Made by a program: the position numbers and the translations under genes | Part shown: positions 18,494 to 28,079 of the stretch, piece after piece | How the letters are laid out: each line of letters starts with the position of its first letter | Numbering within the stretch: position 1 is the first letter of the stretch | Notes under the pieces: model-generated | What the model saw: only the letters and a program-made list of their open reading frames with translations | Told to the model about the DNA's origin: nothing | Databases searched by the model: none | Assembly: GCA_949373235.1 (NCBI GenBank) | Contig: CASICQ010000007.1 | Coordinates: 1,030 to 65,029 of the forward strand | From: Candidatus Poseidoniaceae archaeon | Lineage (GTDB): Archaea; Thermoplasmatota; Poseidoniia; Poseidoniales; Poseidoniaceae | DNA length: 64,000 bases | Direction: 5' to 3'

Positions 18494-19558
18494 ATGGCCT
18501 CCGATGAACGCGCAGCGTATCCCGCACCTCTCGACTTCCTGCCAGATTCTTCGTCCAAAATGAAGAAAGGGGCACGCAAGCCTCAATATGCGCCTGTTTT
18601 CACTCAAAAGGCAAAGAAAGGCAAAGCCACAAAACGAGTCCACATGCTTGTGAATCCTTACTCTGGAAAGAGGAAGGGGCGAGCGACAGCGGAATTGGCC
18701 AAATCCATGTTTGAGGCTCAAGGCGTCGAAGTGGACATTCATTTTTCAGCCTACAGCGGGCATTTGATCAAAATCGCATCCGAAATCAAGGCCAAAGCCA
18801 GCGATGTGTTCGTCGTTGTTGGTGGCGATGGAAGCCTGTCAGAAGTGGTCACAGGCCGCATGCAAGCGACTTCGGAAAAAAATGAATTGTTTGGATTGGT
18901 TCCCGCTGGCACCGGAAACTCCGTGGCTCATGATTTGGCCATTGGCACCACAGAAGAGGCCGTAAACCACATCGTGAAGGGGCGCAATCAGGCGTTTGAT
19001 CTCGCAAAAGTCGAGCTCGCCAACGGCCTGCCCGGAGCGGTGGACGGCACCACAACCCGCTACAGCCACAACCTCGTGACGTGGGGCCTCGGTGTTGACT
19101 CCACCATCAAGGCAGAAAAAATGCGATGGATGGGACCGATTCGATATGATGTTGGAATTGTAATGGCGATCATGGCCAACAACCGAAGGCAAGCCACCCT
19201 CACCGTCGATGGCGTGGAAATGAAAAACGACTACACGCTCTTCTTGATTCAAAACAGCCAGACTGGCGGCTCCATGCTGCCATTAGCGCCCGGGGCATCG
19301 CTTGATGATGGCATCATGGATATTGGAATCCTCAAGAAGATGACTCGCCGAGAAGTGTTCAAAGCGTTTGGCATGCTAAAGGCCGAAGGTCGCCATGTGT
19401 TCCATCCGCAAGTGGATTACCACCGGTTCACGACGTTATCGATTGAAACCCCTGAACCAACAGCAATCAACATCGATGGAGAAAACATTGGGTCAACGCC
19501 CCTTTCGATGAAGGTCATGCCCGGAGCAATCCGAGTGTGTGTCCCGGGTTCAGAATGA
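18494..19558 (+). CDS. Diacylglycerol kinase family lipid kinase
   Basis: VNPYSG, VGGDGS, PAGTGNS, IDGE. Confidence 0.92.
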   Translation: MASDERAAYPAPLDFLPDSSSKMKKGARKPQYAPVFTQKAKKGKATKRVHMLVNPYSGKRKGRATAELAKSMFEAQGVEVDIHFSAYSGHLIKIASEIKAKASDVFVVVGGDGSLSEVVTGRMQATSEKNELFGLVPAGTGNSVAHDLAIGTTEEAVNHIVKGRNQAFDLAKVELANGLPGAVDGTTTRYSHNLVTWGLGVDSTIKAEKMRWMGPIRYDVGIVMAIMANNRRQATLTVDGVEMKNDYTLFLIQNSQTGGSMLPLAPGASLDDGIMDIGILKKMTRREVFKAFGMLKAEGRHVFHPQVDYHRFTTLSIETPEPTAINIDGENIGSTPLSMKVMPGAIRVCVPGSE

Positions 19559-21043
19559 GAAGTCTGAGAAATCATCCTCGTCTTGGAATGTTTCTTTCTC
19601 TTGCGCAGCAGGTGCTTTGTAAGGTTCTGGTTCTTCTTCCACTGGCTTGGCTGCAGCCTTTCGCTTGCGCACCGTCTTCTTCTTTTGCGGTGGCTTAGGT
19701 TCTGGATCAGCTGAACGGGTTGGTGCTACGCTGCTGAAATGACCGCGAGGTTCTGGTTCGGGCTGGGTTGAAACGACGCTGGTTGGCGCACTGCTGGAAC
19801 GTTTTGGAGCGTCCCAAACGGGTGATGGAGAAGGTGTGGGTGAGGAAACGCTTGAGGCTTGGTTGGAAACGCTGCTTTCCATTTCCTGGGCTGCTTCGGT
19901 GACCACAACTGATGATCCTCGGCTCGAAGAGATGACAGGAGATGCATCTGAGTCATCGTTGGAGAGAATACTGTCGAGGTCGAAGCCTGCTAGAGCGCTT
20001 TCTTGAGGTTTTTTAGCGGACTTTGGAAGTTCTTTTTGAGCCTTTGAGCGTTGTTCTGCTTGACGGGTTGCAGGAGACGCCAGACCTGTGGATTTTGCTT
20101 TCTTGACATCTTGCTTGACCTTCTTGATGTTGTCCATACCAACTTGGCCGAGAAGAACTTTCATTGTGTCCCGAGCGCCCTTCAGAACAAACATCTTCGA
20201 GAGGATGAAAGCACCTACTGCGCCACCGACGCCAACAATGAAGAACATGAGAATGAAACCGGTTCGGCCGAGGATTGGCACATCGCCATGGACCCATTCA
20301 TCGTCTGCTTCCCCATTTGCAGTGACGCTCGAACCATCGAGTTCGATTCCTGTGACCATCACATACAGTTGTTCTCGGTTTTGATTGCCGACGTCCAGAG
20401 TGCAATCGTCGCTCACCGTTTGTATTGAGTGATAGCCGTAAGCGTTGCTTGCATTGCTCGAAACGAGGTAGCCCCTGACGGTGACGGCTTGGTGCCATTC
20501 GCCGAGTGAAAGCATGCCGTCTTGGATGTTCTCAGTTGTTGGAATCAAGCCCAGAATGTACCAGCGGGAATCTTCATCTGCATCGATTTCATCTAAATCA
20601 ACCGAGCCTGCACCCGTTTGAGGGTTCATTGGGTCGTTCCAATCTTTAAGATCAACACGAGACCCTTCGCCTTCGATGGTTTCAGCCGCTTGCTTAAACG
20701 GCATGGCGTGGATTGCTACGCTGGTTGTTACAGCCAAACCGATGCCGTTCACTTGGTCGGTGTGGGCTTCATAGATCTGGCTTGCAGCGAGGTAACCGGT
20801 GAATTTGATGGCCTGCGTTTTGTTTGTGCCAAGATCTTCTTCGCCCGGTGAACAACCGACAGCTTGCAGGTCATCCATGCTTGATGGCTCGAGCCCGAGG
20901 GTGCTTGTGAAGGAGGTTGAAGCGCGGTCGAAATCAACTTCGACTGAATCGCTGCCCGTGCCCCACGAGGCTGTAGAGGGTCCAAAGCACCCAGCGAGCA
21001 GCATAAGTCCCAACAGGGCAACGGCGAAGGCACCTCGGCGCAT
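19550..21043 (-). CDS. Hypothetical lipoprotein with TM helix and low-complexity cytoplasmic tail
   Basis: Lipobox LLAGC; TM GFILMFFIVGVGGAVG; S/P/K-rich tail ending DDFSDFSF. Confidence 0.7.
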   Translation of the reverse strand: MRRGAFAVALLGLMLLAGCFGPSTASWGTGSDSVEVDFDRASTSFTSTLGLEPSSMDDLQAVGCSPGEEDLGTNKTQAIKFTGYLAASQIYEAHTDQVNGIGLAVTTSVAIHAMPFKQAAETIEGEGSRVDLKDWNDPMNPQTGAGSVDLDEIDADEDSRWYILGLIPTTENIQDGMLSLGEWHQAVTVRGYLVSSNASNAYGYHSIQTVSDDCTLDVGNQNREQLYVMVTGIELDGSSVTANGEADDEWVHGDVPILGRTGFILMFFIVGVGGAVGAFILSKMFVLKGARDTMKVLLGQVGMDNIKKVKQDVKKAKSTGLASPATRQAEQRSKAQKELPKSAKKPQESALAGFDLDSILSNDDSDASPVISSSRGSSVVVTEAAQEMESSVSNQASSVSSPTPSPSPVWDAPKRSSSAPTSVVSTQPEPEPRGHFSSVAPTRSADPEPKPPQKKKTVRKRKAAAKPVEEEPEPYKAPAAQEKETFQDEDDFSDFSF

Positions 21044-21122
21044 AGTTAGCCTAGGGCCGCTTTAGTTTGAGAACTCTTCCCCCGATTTGGGTGAACCAAA
21101 GGGTCCCATCTGGGTGATGAAG

Positions 21123-21205
21123 CGCAGAGAGAGGGATTCGAACCCCCGTGTCTAGGAGACAGTGGATTTCAAGTCCACCGCAATACCGGGCTATGCGATC
21201 TCTGC
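21123..21205 (-). tRNA. tRNA-Ser(TGA)
   Basis: Reverse complement GCAGAGA...GTGGA-CTTGAAA-TCCAC, long variable arm, GGTTCGAATCC, TCTCTGC-G. Confidence 0.92.
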
Positions 21206-21266
21206 AACAAACCAAGCGGGGCACCACCCCATGATACCGTTTTCGGCTCGAATGTCTTGGACAATC

Positions 21267-22790
21267 TCACTGATCTGGTTCTCGACGGGGGGTGATTGCA
21301 GCCGCTGCCAAGCCAAGGCCAGCCATAGCGATGCCAAAGGTAAGGCCGGGCATACCGCTGTTTTGCCCCGGGTCAGATTGCCCTCCGAGTGCCGCTTCAA
21401 CATCGATTTGGAAATCTTCTGCTCGCCACGAATCCCCGGTCCATGCGACCGTTGGCGTCATGCCATCGAGGATGTAGGTGATCGTGGAGTGCCCAACGGC
21501 GTAATCAATCGCTGTTATATCGCTCGAAACGCAGGAAGTTCGGCTGTCTTCAGCCCACTCATAGCCTTCATCGCACATGCAATGCTTGCCCTCGCCAGTT
21601 CCCATTTCCCATCCGTGGTTGTTGCAGACTCCGGGTTGCACTTCGTCTCTCAAGGTTGCACCTGGTGGTGGAATCTCGGAGAGGTTGGTGGAATTGGGCG
21701 ACCATGCGATGTAGGTTGGTTCGATCAGGCTGTCCATGCCGAGGCTGGAAGCGTCCCATGCTTGGGAGGTGGCATTCCAAGTGGAGAGGCTCCACCACCA
21801 CGAATAATTCGAAGGTGCTACAACATCATCTATCGATTCCATGTAGTGGCCCCATTCACTGGATGGCATCGAGGTGTTGAGGCCTGCTCCGGCAAATGCA
21901 CCCATGGAAAGGTGCCATGCGTTCATTTCCTGAAGGGTATGGTTGGCCGTTGTGTTGTCTGGAAACAGCACTTGCATTGTTGGGTGGTCTGGGTGGGGGG
22001 CTGCGAGATTGGAGGTGTTGGCGTTCGAAGCAGCCCAAACCAGTTGGTCGTGTTCCAGAGCGTCGATTGAATCAATGCCTACATCAGATGCTTCCCACGC
22101 TCCTGAGGTTTCATTGTGAATCAACAGGCTCCACCACCAAGAAGAATCCGAAGGGGCTTCAACCCCTTCTATCGCTGTGACATAATGACCGTATTCACTG
22201 TCCGTAGCGTTGATGCTCCAATTGGCCTCATGAGCCATGATTTGATGGAACTCCCATCCAGATGGCATGAACATAAATTCCGAAGCGTTTCCCGAAGGAT
22301 CGACATAAGTCACTGTTGGATCTTCGTTCACTTCGATGTGAGCATCGATGACCTGTTGATCAACAAGGACGCCAAAATTGCGGTACACTTCGGAAAGAGT
22401 GTCCTTGTCGCCGGTTAGATGAGGCCACGAAACTCCATGGCGTTCTGTAAATTCGGTCAGTGCTTCGGGTGTGTCTCGATCAGGGTCAACTGAGATTGAA
22501 ACAAAACCAACGCGTTCTGCATCCGATTCAGAGAGCCCTTCTTGGACGAGCCGGAGCGATTGAGTGATCACGGGGCACACGTCAGGGCACGCTGTGAAAA
22601 TAAACGCGACGACGGTCACGTCCTTGTCAAGGGTGGAGAATGTGAAGTTCTCTGCGTTCTGATCAACGAGGGTAAAATCAACGATATCGTTCCTTGACAA
22701 TTGATGGCCTTTGTAGGCCGTTGCATTCGGGGTTGCAGCCACGAGAAGCGCGAAGCAAATGCACAAGGTTAGCAAGCGTTGGGCCTTCAT
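21267..22790 (-). CDS. SCO1/SenC copper chaperone with inserted tandem DUF4430-like repeats and EGF-like module; C-terminal sorting/anchor helix
   Basis: FIFTACPDVCP, ISVDPDRDTP, distal YAVGHSTITYILD; two GHY..I.....P...SWWWSL repeats; CNNHG...CMCDEGY...C. Confidence 0.85.
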   Translation of the reverse strand: MKAQRLLTLCICFALLVAATPNATAYKGHQLSRNDIVDFTLVDQNAENFTFSTLDKDVTVVAFIFTACPDVCPVITQSLRLVQEGLSESDAERVGFVSISVDPDRDTPEALTEFTERHGVSWPHLTGDKDTLSEVYRNFGVLVDQQVIDAHIEVNEDPTVTYVDPSGNASEFMFMPSGWEFHQIMAHEANWSINATDSEYGHYVTAIEGVEAPSDSSWWWSLLIHNETSGAWEASDVGIDSIDALEHDQLVWAASNANTSNLAAPHPDHPTMQVLFPDNTTANHTLQEMNAWHLSMGAFAGAGLNTSMPSSEWGHYMESIDDVVAPSNYSWWWSLSTWNATSQAWDASSLGMDSLIEPTYIAWSPNSTNLSEIPPPGATLRDEVQPGVCNNHGWEMGTGEGKHCMCDEGYEWAEDSRTSCVSSDITAIDYAVGHSTITYILDGMTPTVAWTGDSWRAEDFQIDVEAALGGQSDPGQNSGMPGLTFGIAMAGLGLAAAAITPRREPDQ

Positions 22791-22837
22791 GGTGTTCTCC
22801 CCTCAGCGCAGAGGTTTGAAGGTTATGCCAACCCGGT

Positions 22838-23203
22838 TCAGCGTTCGGTTGCGTAACTCCAATCTGGTGTGCACCAGCTTGGGAGTCCTGTGACCCCTTC
22901 GGGGTTGGACAGGCCAATGCCCCAAAGCATGAGGGCAACAAAGATCCAAGGGAACATGAACGTGATGTTGAACCACTTGTGTTCGTCTCGCAAGTGCATG
23001 AAGAACGCAGCGATACCGTATCCCTTGACAATGCCAACGCCGATGAGAATAGCCCATACCGCCGAGCGGCTGATGTCAATGTCGGTGCCTGGGACAGTCT
23101 CAAAGAAGACCGCTCCAAGTTCAAACAGCGTGAAAACCATCAAAACGATAAAGTTCCAAAAGTAGATGTCTTTGCCCATGTATAAATTTGCGTGCTCTCC
23201 CAT
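22838..23203 (-). CDS. Cytochrome c oxidase subunit IV family
   Basis: Three TM helices, KGYGIAAFFMHL motif, operon context. Confidence 0.8.
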   Translation of the reverse strand: MGEHANLYMGKDIYFWNFIVLMVFTLFELGAVFFETVPGTDIDISRSAVWAILIGVGIVKGYGIAAFFMHLRDEHKWFNITFMFPWIFVALMLWGIGLSNPEGVTGLPSWCTPDWSYATER

Positions 23204-23212
23204 GATCTCACC

Positions 23213-24595
23213 TCAATACAAGTAGAATGCTGGGAAGATAACCACCCAAGCCAGGTCGACAAAGTGCCAGTACAAACCGAAGTATTCGATGCCCTGTGCG
23301 TTGTCCTCGTCAAAGCCGATGGTGTCCGCCTTGAACACCAAGTACAGCATAATCACCAGACCGATGAACACGTGAAGACCGTGTGCGCCGGTGGCGATGT
23401 AGAAGATTGAACCTTGAACGGTACCGATGGTGAACCCTTCAGCCACCAAGTGGCTCCACTCGACGAGTTTGAGCACAATAAACAGGGAACCAAGCATCAG
23501 TGTAGCGATGAGGTAGTTTCGGACTGCTGCCTTTCGGGTTGGCATGAGTTTGCCCATGATGCCCTTTGGCGCTTCCCAGTTTGCGTTCTTGGCGGTCTTG
23601 AGTGCGAGAACGATTGTGTAGGAGGAGATGATCAGAGCAAAGGTGTTGATTCCACCAGGTAATAGGGTCCAGAAGTCACCAACTGAGTTTCCTAGCCCGT
23701 CGATCTTAGCGCCGCCAGGTCGGAGGTAATCGGATGCTGTGAGGACCCAATCATCAGATGATTGACAGCCCTCAAATCCACCGTCGCTGTTCTCAAAGGC
23801 CCACTTTGTGCACCATTCAGTACGCATTCGTAGGTACGAGGAAAAGAAGGTGGCGAACACCATGATTTCAGACATGATAAACACCCAAAGACCGACCTTT
23901 CGAATGTGGTCGCCTTCGAACGGATACGAGGTTGCAATTTGCTCACCGTGACCGATGAAGGGCAAATCTTCGAACCACCAGTTCGAGACGGCGATGACGA
24001 TGATTAACAATCCTGAAACGCTGACGCCAAGCATGCCGAGTTCGGCAACGACCGTGTCATCGAGCAGTGCTTTGCAAGCGACGATGAAATCGGGCAAGCC
24101 CATCAAGAACACCATGATACCGAAGGCGAAGATGATCGGGGAGGCGGAGCCGTGGTGATCGTCACCATACCCGTCGCCATGGCCATGATCATCACCGTGG
24201 TCGTCTGCCTTTGGCTTACTTGCGTTCAAGAAACCACCAAGTCCGATGAATGCGGCATAGCCAGCCGTGAGGAACAGCATGGTCATGCCAGCTACACGGT
24301 AGGTGAGGTAGGAGAGGTGAGCCGCAACTTCGTCGTTGTGGGCTTCTTCCTTAGCGATGTACAACTCTGTGTCGTGATCTTCCCCTGAAATGGTTCCAGC
24401 AGCGACGGCGTCTTGCCATTCTTTCTTGGCGTCGTCGTAGTGATGATGTTCGTCTTCCCATGTGTGGTGCTTTTGGTCAGCGATGCCAACACCAAGCACG
24501 GCGAATCCAGCGACACCAATCGTGAGGATCAAGCCAGCCATCATAATGGCACGCAACCAGGTGCTGTTTGCGACGTCGTTTCCATGTCCGCTCAT
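23213..24595 (-). CDS. coxC: Cytochrome c oxidase subunit III with His-rich N-terminal extension
   Basis: GLWVFIMSEIMVFATFF, TGAHGLHV, LYWHFVDLAWV. Confidence 0.92.
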   Translation of the reverse strand: MSGHGNDVANSTWLRAIMMAGLILTIGVAGFAVLGVGIADQKHHTWEDEHHHYDDAKKEWQDAVAAGTISGEDHDTELYIAKEEAHNDEVAAHLSYLTYRVAGMTMLFLTAGYAAFIGLGGFLNASKPKADDHGDDHGHGDGYGDDHHGSASPIIFAFGIMVFLMGLPDFIVACKALLDDTVVAELGMLGVSVSGLLIIVIAVSNWWFEDLPFIGHGEQIATSYPFEGDHIRKVGLWVFIMSEIMVFATFFSSYLRMRTEWCTKWAFENSDGGFEGCQSSDDWVLTASDYLRPGGAKIDGLGNSVGDFWTLLPGGINTFALIISSYTIVLALKTAKNANWEAPKGIMGKLMPTRKAAVRNYLIATLMLGSLFIVLKLVEWSHLVAEGFTIGTVQGSIFYIATGAHGLHVFIGLVIMLYLVFKADTIGFDEDNAQGIEYFGLYWHFVDLAWVVIFPAFYLY

Positions 24596-26922
24596 TCTTC
24601 GACCCCCTTTGCGAGTGGTGTAGCCAATTTCTTGAGCGGATTTTCCTTCTTCTGACCCGTGCCGTGATGGCCGTAGAGTTCGTTCATGTCACCCTGTGTT
24701 GGGATGTCATGGAAGGAAGGTGTAGGTGGTGGCGAGGTGGTCATCCACTCGAGCGACCATCCGCCCCACGGATCATTTCCTGCTGGCTCGCCGTGTCGGT
24801 TGGAACGGATGATGTTCCAAACGAGCAACAACTGACTCAATCCGAAGATGAAGGAGAAGGTACTGACAGCCATGTTGTACTCAGCAAAGCCGCTTTCAGT
24901 TGTGTAACTGTGCGTTCGGCGAGGCATGCCCATGATACCAAGTGCGTGCATGGGCCAGAAGGTTGCGTTGTAGGAAGCAAATCCAATCAAGAAGTGCCAA
25001 AGACCCAATGTTTCGTTGAGCTTGCGGCCCGTTGCCTTGGGGTACCAGTAGTAAACACCGGAGAACAATGCGAAGACAGTACCGCCAATGAACACGTAAT
25101 GGAAGTGAGCGACAACGAAGTACGAGTCGTGGAAGTGGACGTCCAGTCCAGCCACTGGGAAGAACATACCAGAGATACCACCAAGCGTGAAGGTGACAAG
25201 GAATCCAAGCGACCACAACGTGTGTGTTTTCATGATGAGGCTGCCGCCCCAAATGGTTGCAAGCCAGTTGAACACCTTAGCGCCCGTTGGGATTGCTACC
25301 GCCATGGTGGTGATCATGAACGCAGCGCGCCAGAACGGATCCATTCCGGAGGTGAGCATGTGGTGGCCCCAAACGATGAAACCAACAACGCCGATACCAG
25401 CCATTGCAAAGACCATTGACTTGTATCCGAAAATCGAGCGTCGAGCGCTTGTAGCAAGCACTTCAGAGACGATACCAAACGCTGGCACAACGACGACGTA
25501 AACTTCGGGATGCCCGAAGAACCAGAACAGGTGCTGGAACAGCAAACTGTCGCCACCCGCAGTAAAGAAGACCGTGCCGAGGGTGTGGTCGAACAAGAGG
25601 AACGCCACGCCGATGATAAAGGCTGGAAGCGACATGTAGAGCATGAACACGCTGACGAAGACCGACCAAGCGAACAATGGCATCTTCATGAAACCGACAC
25701 CGGGTGCGCGCATGGTGAACACCGTGGTGATGAAGTTCACACCACCAAGCGTCGAAGATGCGCCAAGCATCAGAATACCTGAGATGAACGCTGTCGTTCC
25801 CGGGTTCGAACCGTACTGAGCGAGTTCTGCCCCGAGGTTGGCTTCAGTCAATGAAGAGTAAGGTGGGTACATGACCCACGTAATGTCAGCGCCTTCACCG
25901 GACCAAATACCAGCGTAGATCAGCGGGCTCGAGAACACAAGGAGCCACAGACCCATAGCGTTGATTCGAGGGAATGCCAGGTCCTTTGCTCCAATCTGGA
26001 GCGGAAGCACGTAGTTCATGAAACCTGCAATCATTGGCATGGCGGCCAAGAAAATCATAGTTGTCCCGTGAAGGGTGAAGAAAGAGTTGTATTCCGTTTC
26101 GGTGAGGAAGGTGTTTTCAGGCAAGGCCAGTTGAATACGGAACAGCAGCGCAAGCACGCCACCAACGAGGAAGAAGGTGAATCCATAAAGGAAGTAGAGG
26201 ATACCGACTTCTTTGTGATCGGTGGTGGTGAGCCAAGGCTTGAGGTAAGACCAGAAGTGCTCGATGGTGAAGGTCGAAGGGTTGCGGGCATAGAACACGT
26301 AGAGCACGCCGAGCAACACAAGGCCGAGAGCGAGTCCAATGGCGGTAATGAGCACGACAAGAGCACGAGCGCTTGGGGCAACTTCGCCAGCGTTAGCGCC
26401 AGGAATCATGAAGTCTGCTTGGTTCCAGTAATCGCCACCAGAGCCAGCGCCGCCGTTGACAGCGTTACCGTACACGGTGATATCGACAACTTTGCCGTCG
26501 TCGCCCGGAGCGACCCATTCAAAGTCCCAAGTTCGAACACCGTTGGCTTCTGCCGTGTGTGTCAAACCGCCGTCCATGTCGTGGCCAAGGGACTCATTGA
26601 CGGTTGAAACCATGCCTGAGGAGGTGAGGATTCGGAATCCGCCTGCGTGGCCGTTCCATGGGTCAGCGCCCTCCGTGCTGCCTCCGTTGTGGAGTTCCAT
26701 TGCATCGTTGACAACGGTGACGGTGAAGGGGTATGTTTCGCTTGCGTTGAAGCGTTCGGGGAGCCCTTCGACGATCACGGAGGTGTCGCCAGAAGCCCCA
26801 CCGTGGCAGGTACATCCGTTATCACCTGCAGCACCAATACCTGTAGGCATGGCCTCAAATTGAGGGGTTGCTGCGAGCATGAGGAGCATGAGCGCAACGA
26901 GGGTGAGTGCACGGGTTCGCAT
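24592..26922 (-). CDS. coxA: Cytochrome c oxidase subunit I (A1 type) fused to an N-terminal Reeler/choice-of-anchor-V-like domain
   Basis: TTTDHKEVG, TLHGTTM, FFGHPEVY, WGHHM, HDSYFVVAHFHY, GMPRR; about 225 extra N-terminal residues with signal peptide, GCTCHGG, GLTHT, FEWVAP, GNAVNG. Confidence 0.95.
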   Translation of the reverse strand: MRTRALTLVALMLLMLAATPQFEAMPTGIGAAGDNGCTCHGGASGDTSVIVEGLPERFNASETYPFTVTVVNDAMELHNGGSTEGADPWNGHAGGFRILTSSGMVSTVNESLGHDMDGGLTHTAEANGVRTWDFEWVAPGDDGKVVDITVYGNAVNGGAGSGGDYWNQADFMIPGANAGEVAPSARALVVLITAIGLALGLVLLGVLYVFYARNPSTFTIEHFWSYLKPWLTTTDHKEVGILYFLYGFTFFLVGGVLALLFRIQLALPENTFLTETEYNSFFTLHGTTMIFLAAMPMIAGFMNYVLPLQIGAKDLAFPRINAMGLWLLVFSSPLIYAGIWSGEGADITWVMYPPYSSLTEANLGAELAQYGSNPGTTAFISGILMLGASSTLGGVNFITTVFTMRAPGVGFMKMPLFAWSVFVSVFMLYMSLPAFIIGVAFLLFDHTLGTVFFTAGGDSLLFQHLFWFFGHPEVYVVVVPAFGIVSEVLATSARRSIFGYKSMVFAMAGIGVVGFIVWGHHMLTSGMDPFWRAAFMITTMAVAIPTGAKVFNWLATIWGGSLIMKTHTLWSLGFLVTFTLGGISGMFFPVAGLDVHFHDSYFVVAHFHYVFIGGTVFALFSGVYYWYPKATGRKLNETLGLWHFLIGFASYNATFWPMHALGIMGMPRRTHSYTTESGFAEYNMAVSTFSFIFGLSQLLLVWNIIRSNRHGEPAGNDPWGGWSLEWMTTSPPPTPSFHDIPTQGDMNELYGHHGTGQKKENPLKKLATPLAKGVEE

Positions 26923-27890
26923 CAGTAGCCGCCTCCATCATTTGACTTTAGAACGCCGCTGTCCCTTTCACAGGTATCGCCTTCTGTCGCAACGATGGTG
27001 ACTTGGCCTTGCATCTTTGAGTGGTCAAGGCCGCAGTACTCTGCGCAACGAATAGGGAAGGTACCCATGTCATCGGGTTGAGCGTACATCACTGTTCCAG
27101 CCTCGAGTCCGGGGACCAAGTCTTCTTTGACGCCCCATTCAGGGAGCCAGAAGGAGTGTTGGACACCGACGTAATTTGGGTTCGATGCATCGGATGGTCG
27201 AGAATGGAGGTTCATGATGCTCACCTTGTCGCAAGGCAGGATGAGGTGTTCGCCGCCGGCGGTGGAAAGAATGGTGCCGACCGGGAGATGCTCCCATGTG
27301 TGAAGCAAATGATCTTCGCTGTCAAAGACGGTAATTTTTGAGTGGAGTTCCGCATCGAACATGGTGTTCATCAACGTCAACATGCCGACTGAAGCGTTGA
27401 GTGCATAATCGGTTTCCACGCCATCGATCGCGATGGTGATGTTGGTTGCCGTTGTGTTGAGAGCGTGGACCATCAGCATGTTGCCTGCCCATTCCACGTC
27501 GATGTCCGTGCCTGGATCTTCCCAGGTGAGGGCCTCGGTGTAGTGGAATTCCCAGAACCATTGCTTTCCGACGATTTGGATGTCAAAGGTTTCTTCGCTT
27601 TCATCAAGCGTCCAAACGGCTGTGTTGGATGCGAGCGCCATCATTGTGAGCCAGACCACAATGATGGTCGGCAGCACGTAAAACAACACTTCGAGTTTGG
27701 TATTGTGAGAATCAACGGGAAAAGACCCAACTTCGATGTGGTACTTATCCATGTTCTCAACGGGCTCAACGCCGTCGCGGTAGCGCACCATAGCGATGAA
27801 CATCCACCCGAAGGTGAAAATCCCCACAATGATACTCCAAAACATGAACTTGTCATAAAGGACGTTGAAAACAGTGTCTTCAGCAGGCAT
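26922..27890 (-). CDS. coxB: Cytochrome c oxidase subunit II (CuA)
   Basis: Two TM helices, GKQWFWEF, VQHSFW, CAEYCGLDHSKM. Confidence 0.93.
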   Translation of the reverse strand: MPAEDTVFNVLYDKFMFWSIIVGIFTFGWMFIAMVRYRDGVEPVENMDKYHIEVGSFPVDSHNTKLEVLFYVLPTIIVVWLTMMALASNTAVWTLDESEETFDIQIVGKQWFWEFHYTEALTWEDPGTDIDVEWAGNMLMVHALNTTATNITIAIDGVETDYALNASVGMLTLMNTMFDAELHSKITVFDSEDHLLHTWEHLPVGTILSTAGGEHLILPCDKVSIMNLHSRPSDASNPNYVGVQHSFWLPEWGVKEDLVPGLEAGTVMYAQPDDMGTFPIRCAEYCGLDHSKMQGQVTIVATEGDTCERDSGVLKSNDGGGY

Positions 27891-28079
27891 AGATAACCCT
27901 CATGTTCATGGCCGTAGGGACCGGTCTTAAACCCTTGTCGAGCGCGCCTTCGTGACGAATGGCTTTCATCGCTTGAGTCTCGCGTTTGGCTTGCTTGGTT
28001 TCAGTGCCTTTATCGCGGTCGTTTTAGGCAGCGAAATTATTCGTATCAAGTTGATAAATGAGGGCGATAATGCAACATC

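Noticed and set aside
17167-21205. tRNA-anchored genomic island
   Set aside because: I found no duplicated tRNA 3' ends, and the intervening genes (ribD, lipid kinase) are ordinary.
21162-25419. Long plus-strand ORFs (21162-22070, 24568-25419)
   Set aside because: Antisense shadows of the SCO and oxidase genes with no recognisable motifs; one overlaps tRNA-Ser.
26800-26820. Calling the subunit I extension a c-type cytochrome
   Set aside because: The motif is CxCH rather than CxxCH, and the surrounding sequence is beta-rich Reeler-like rather than a cytochrome c fold.
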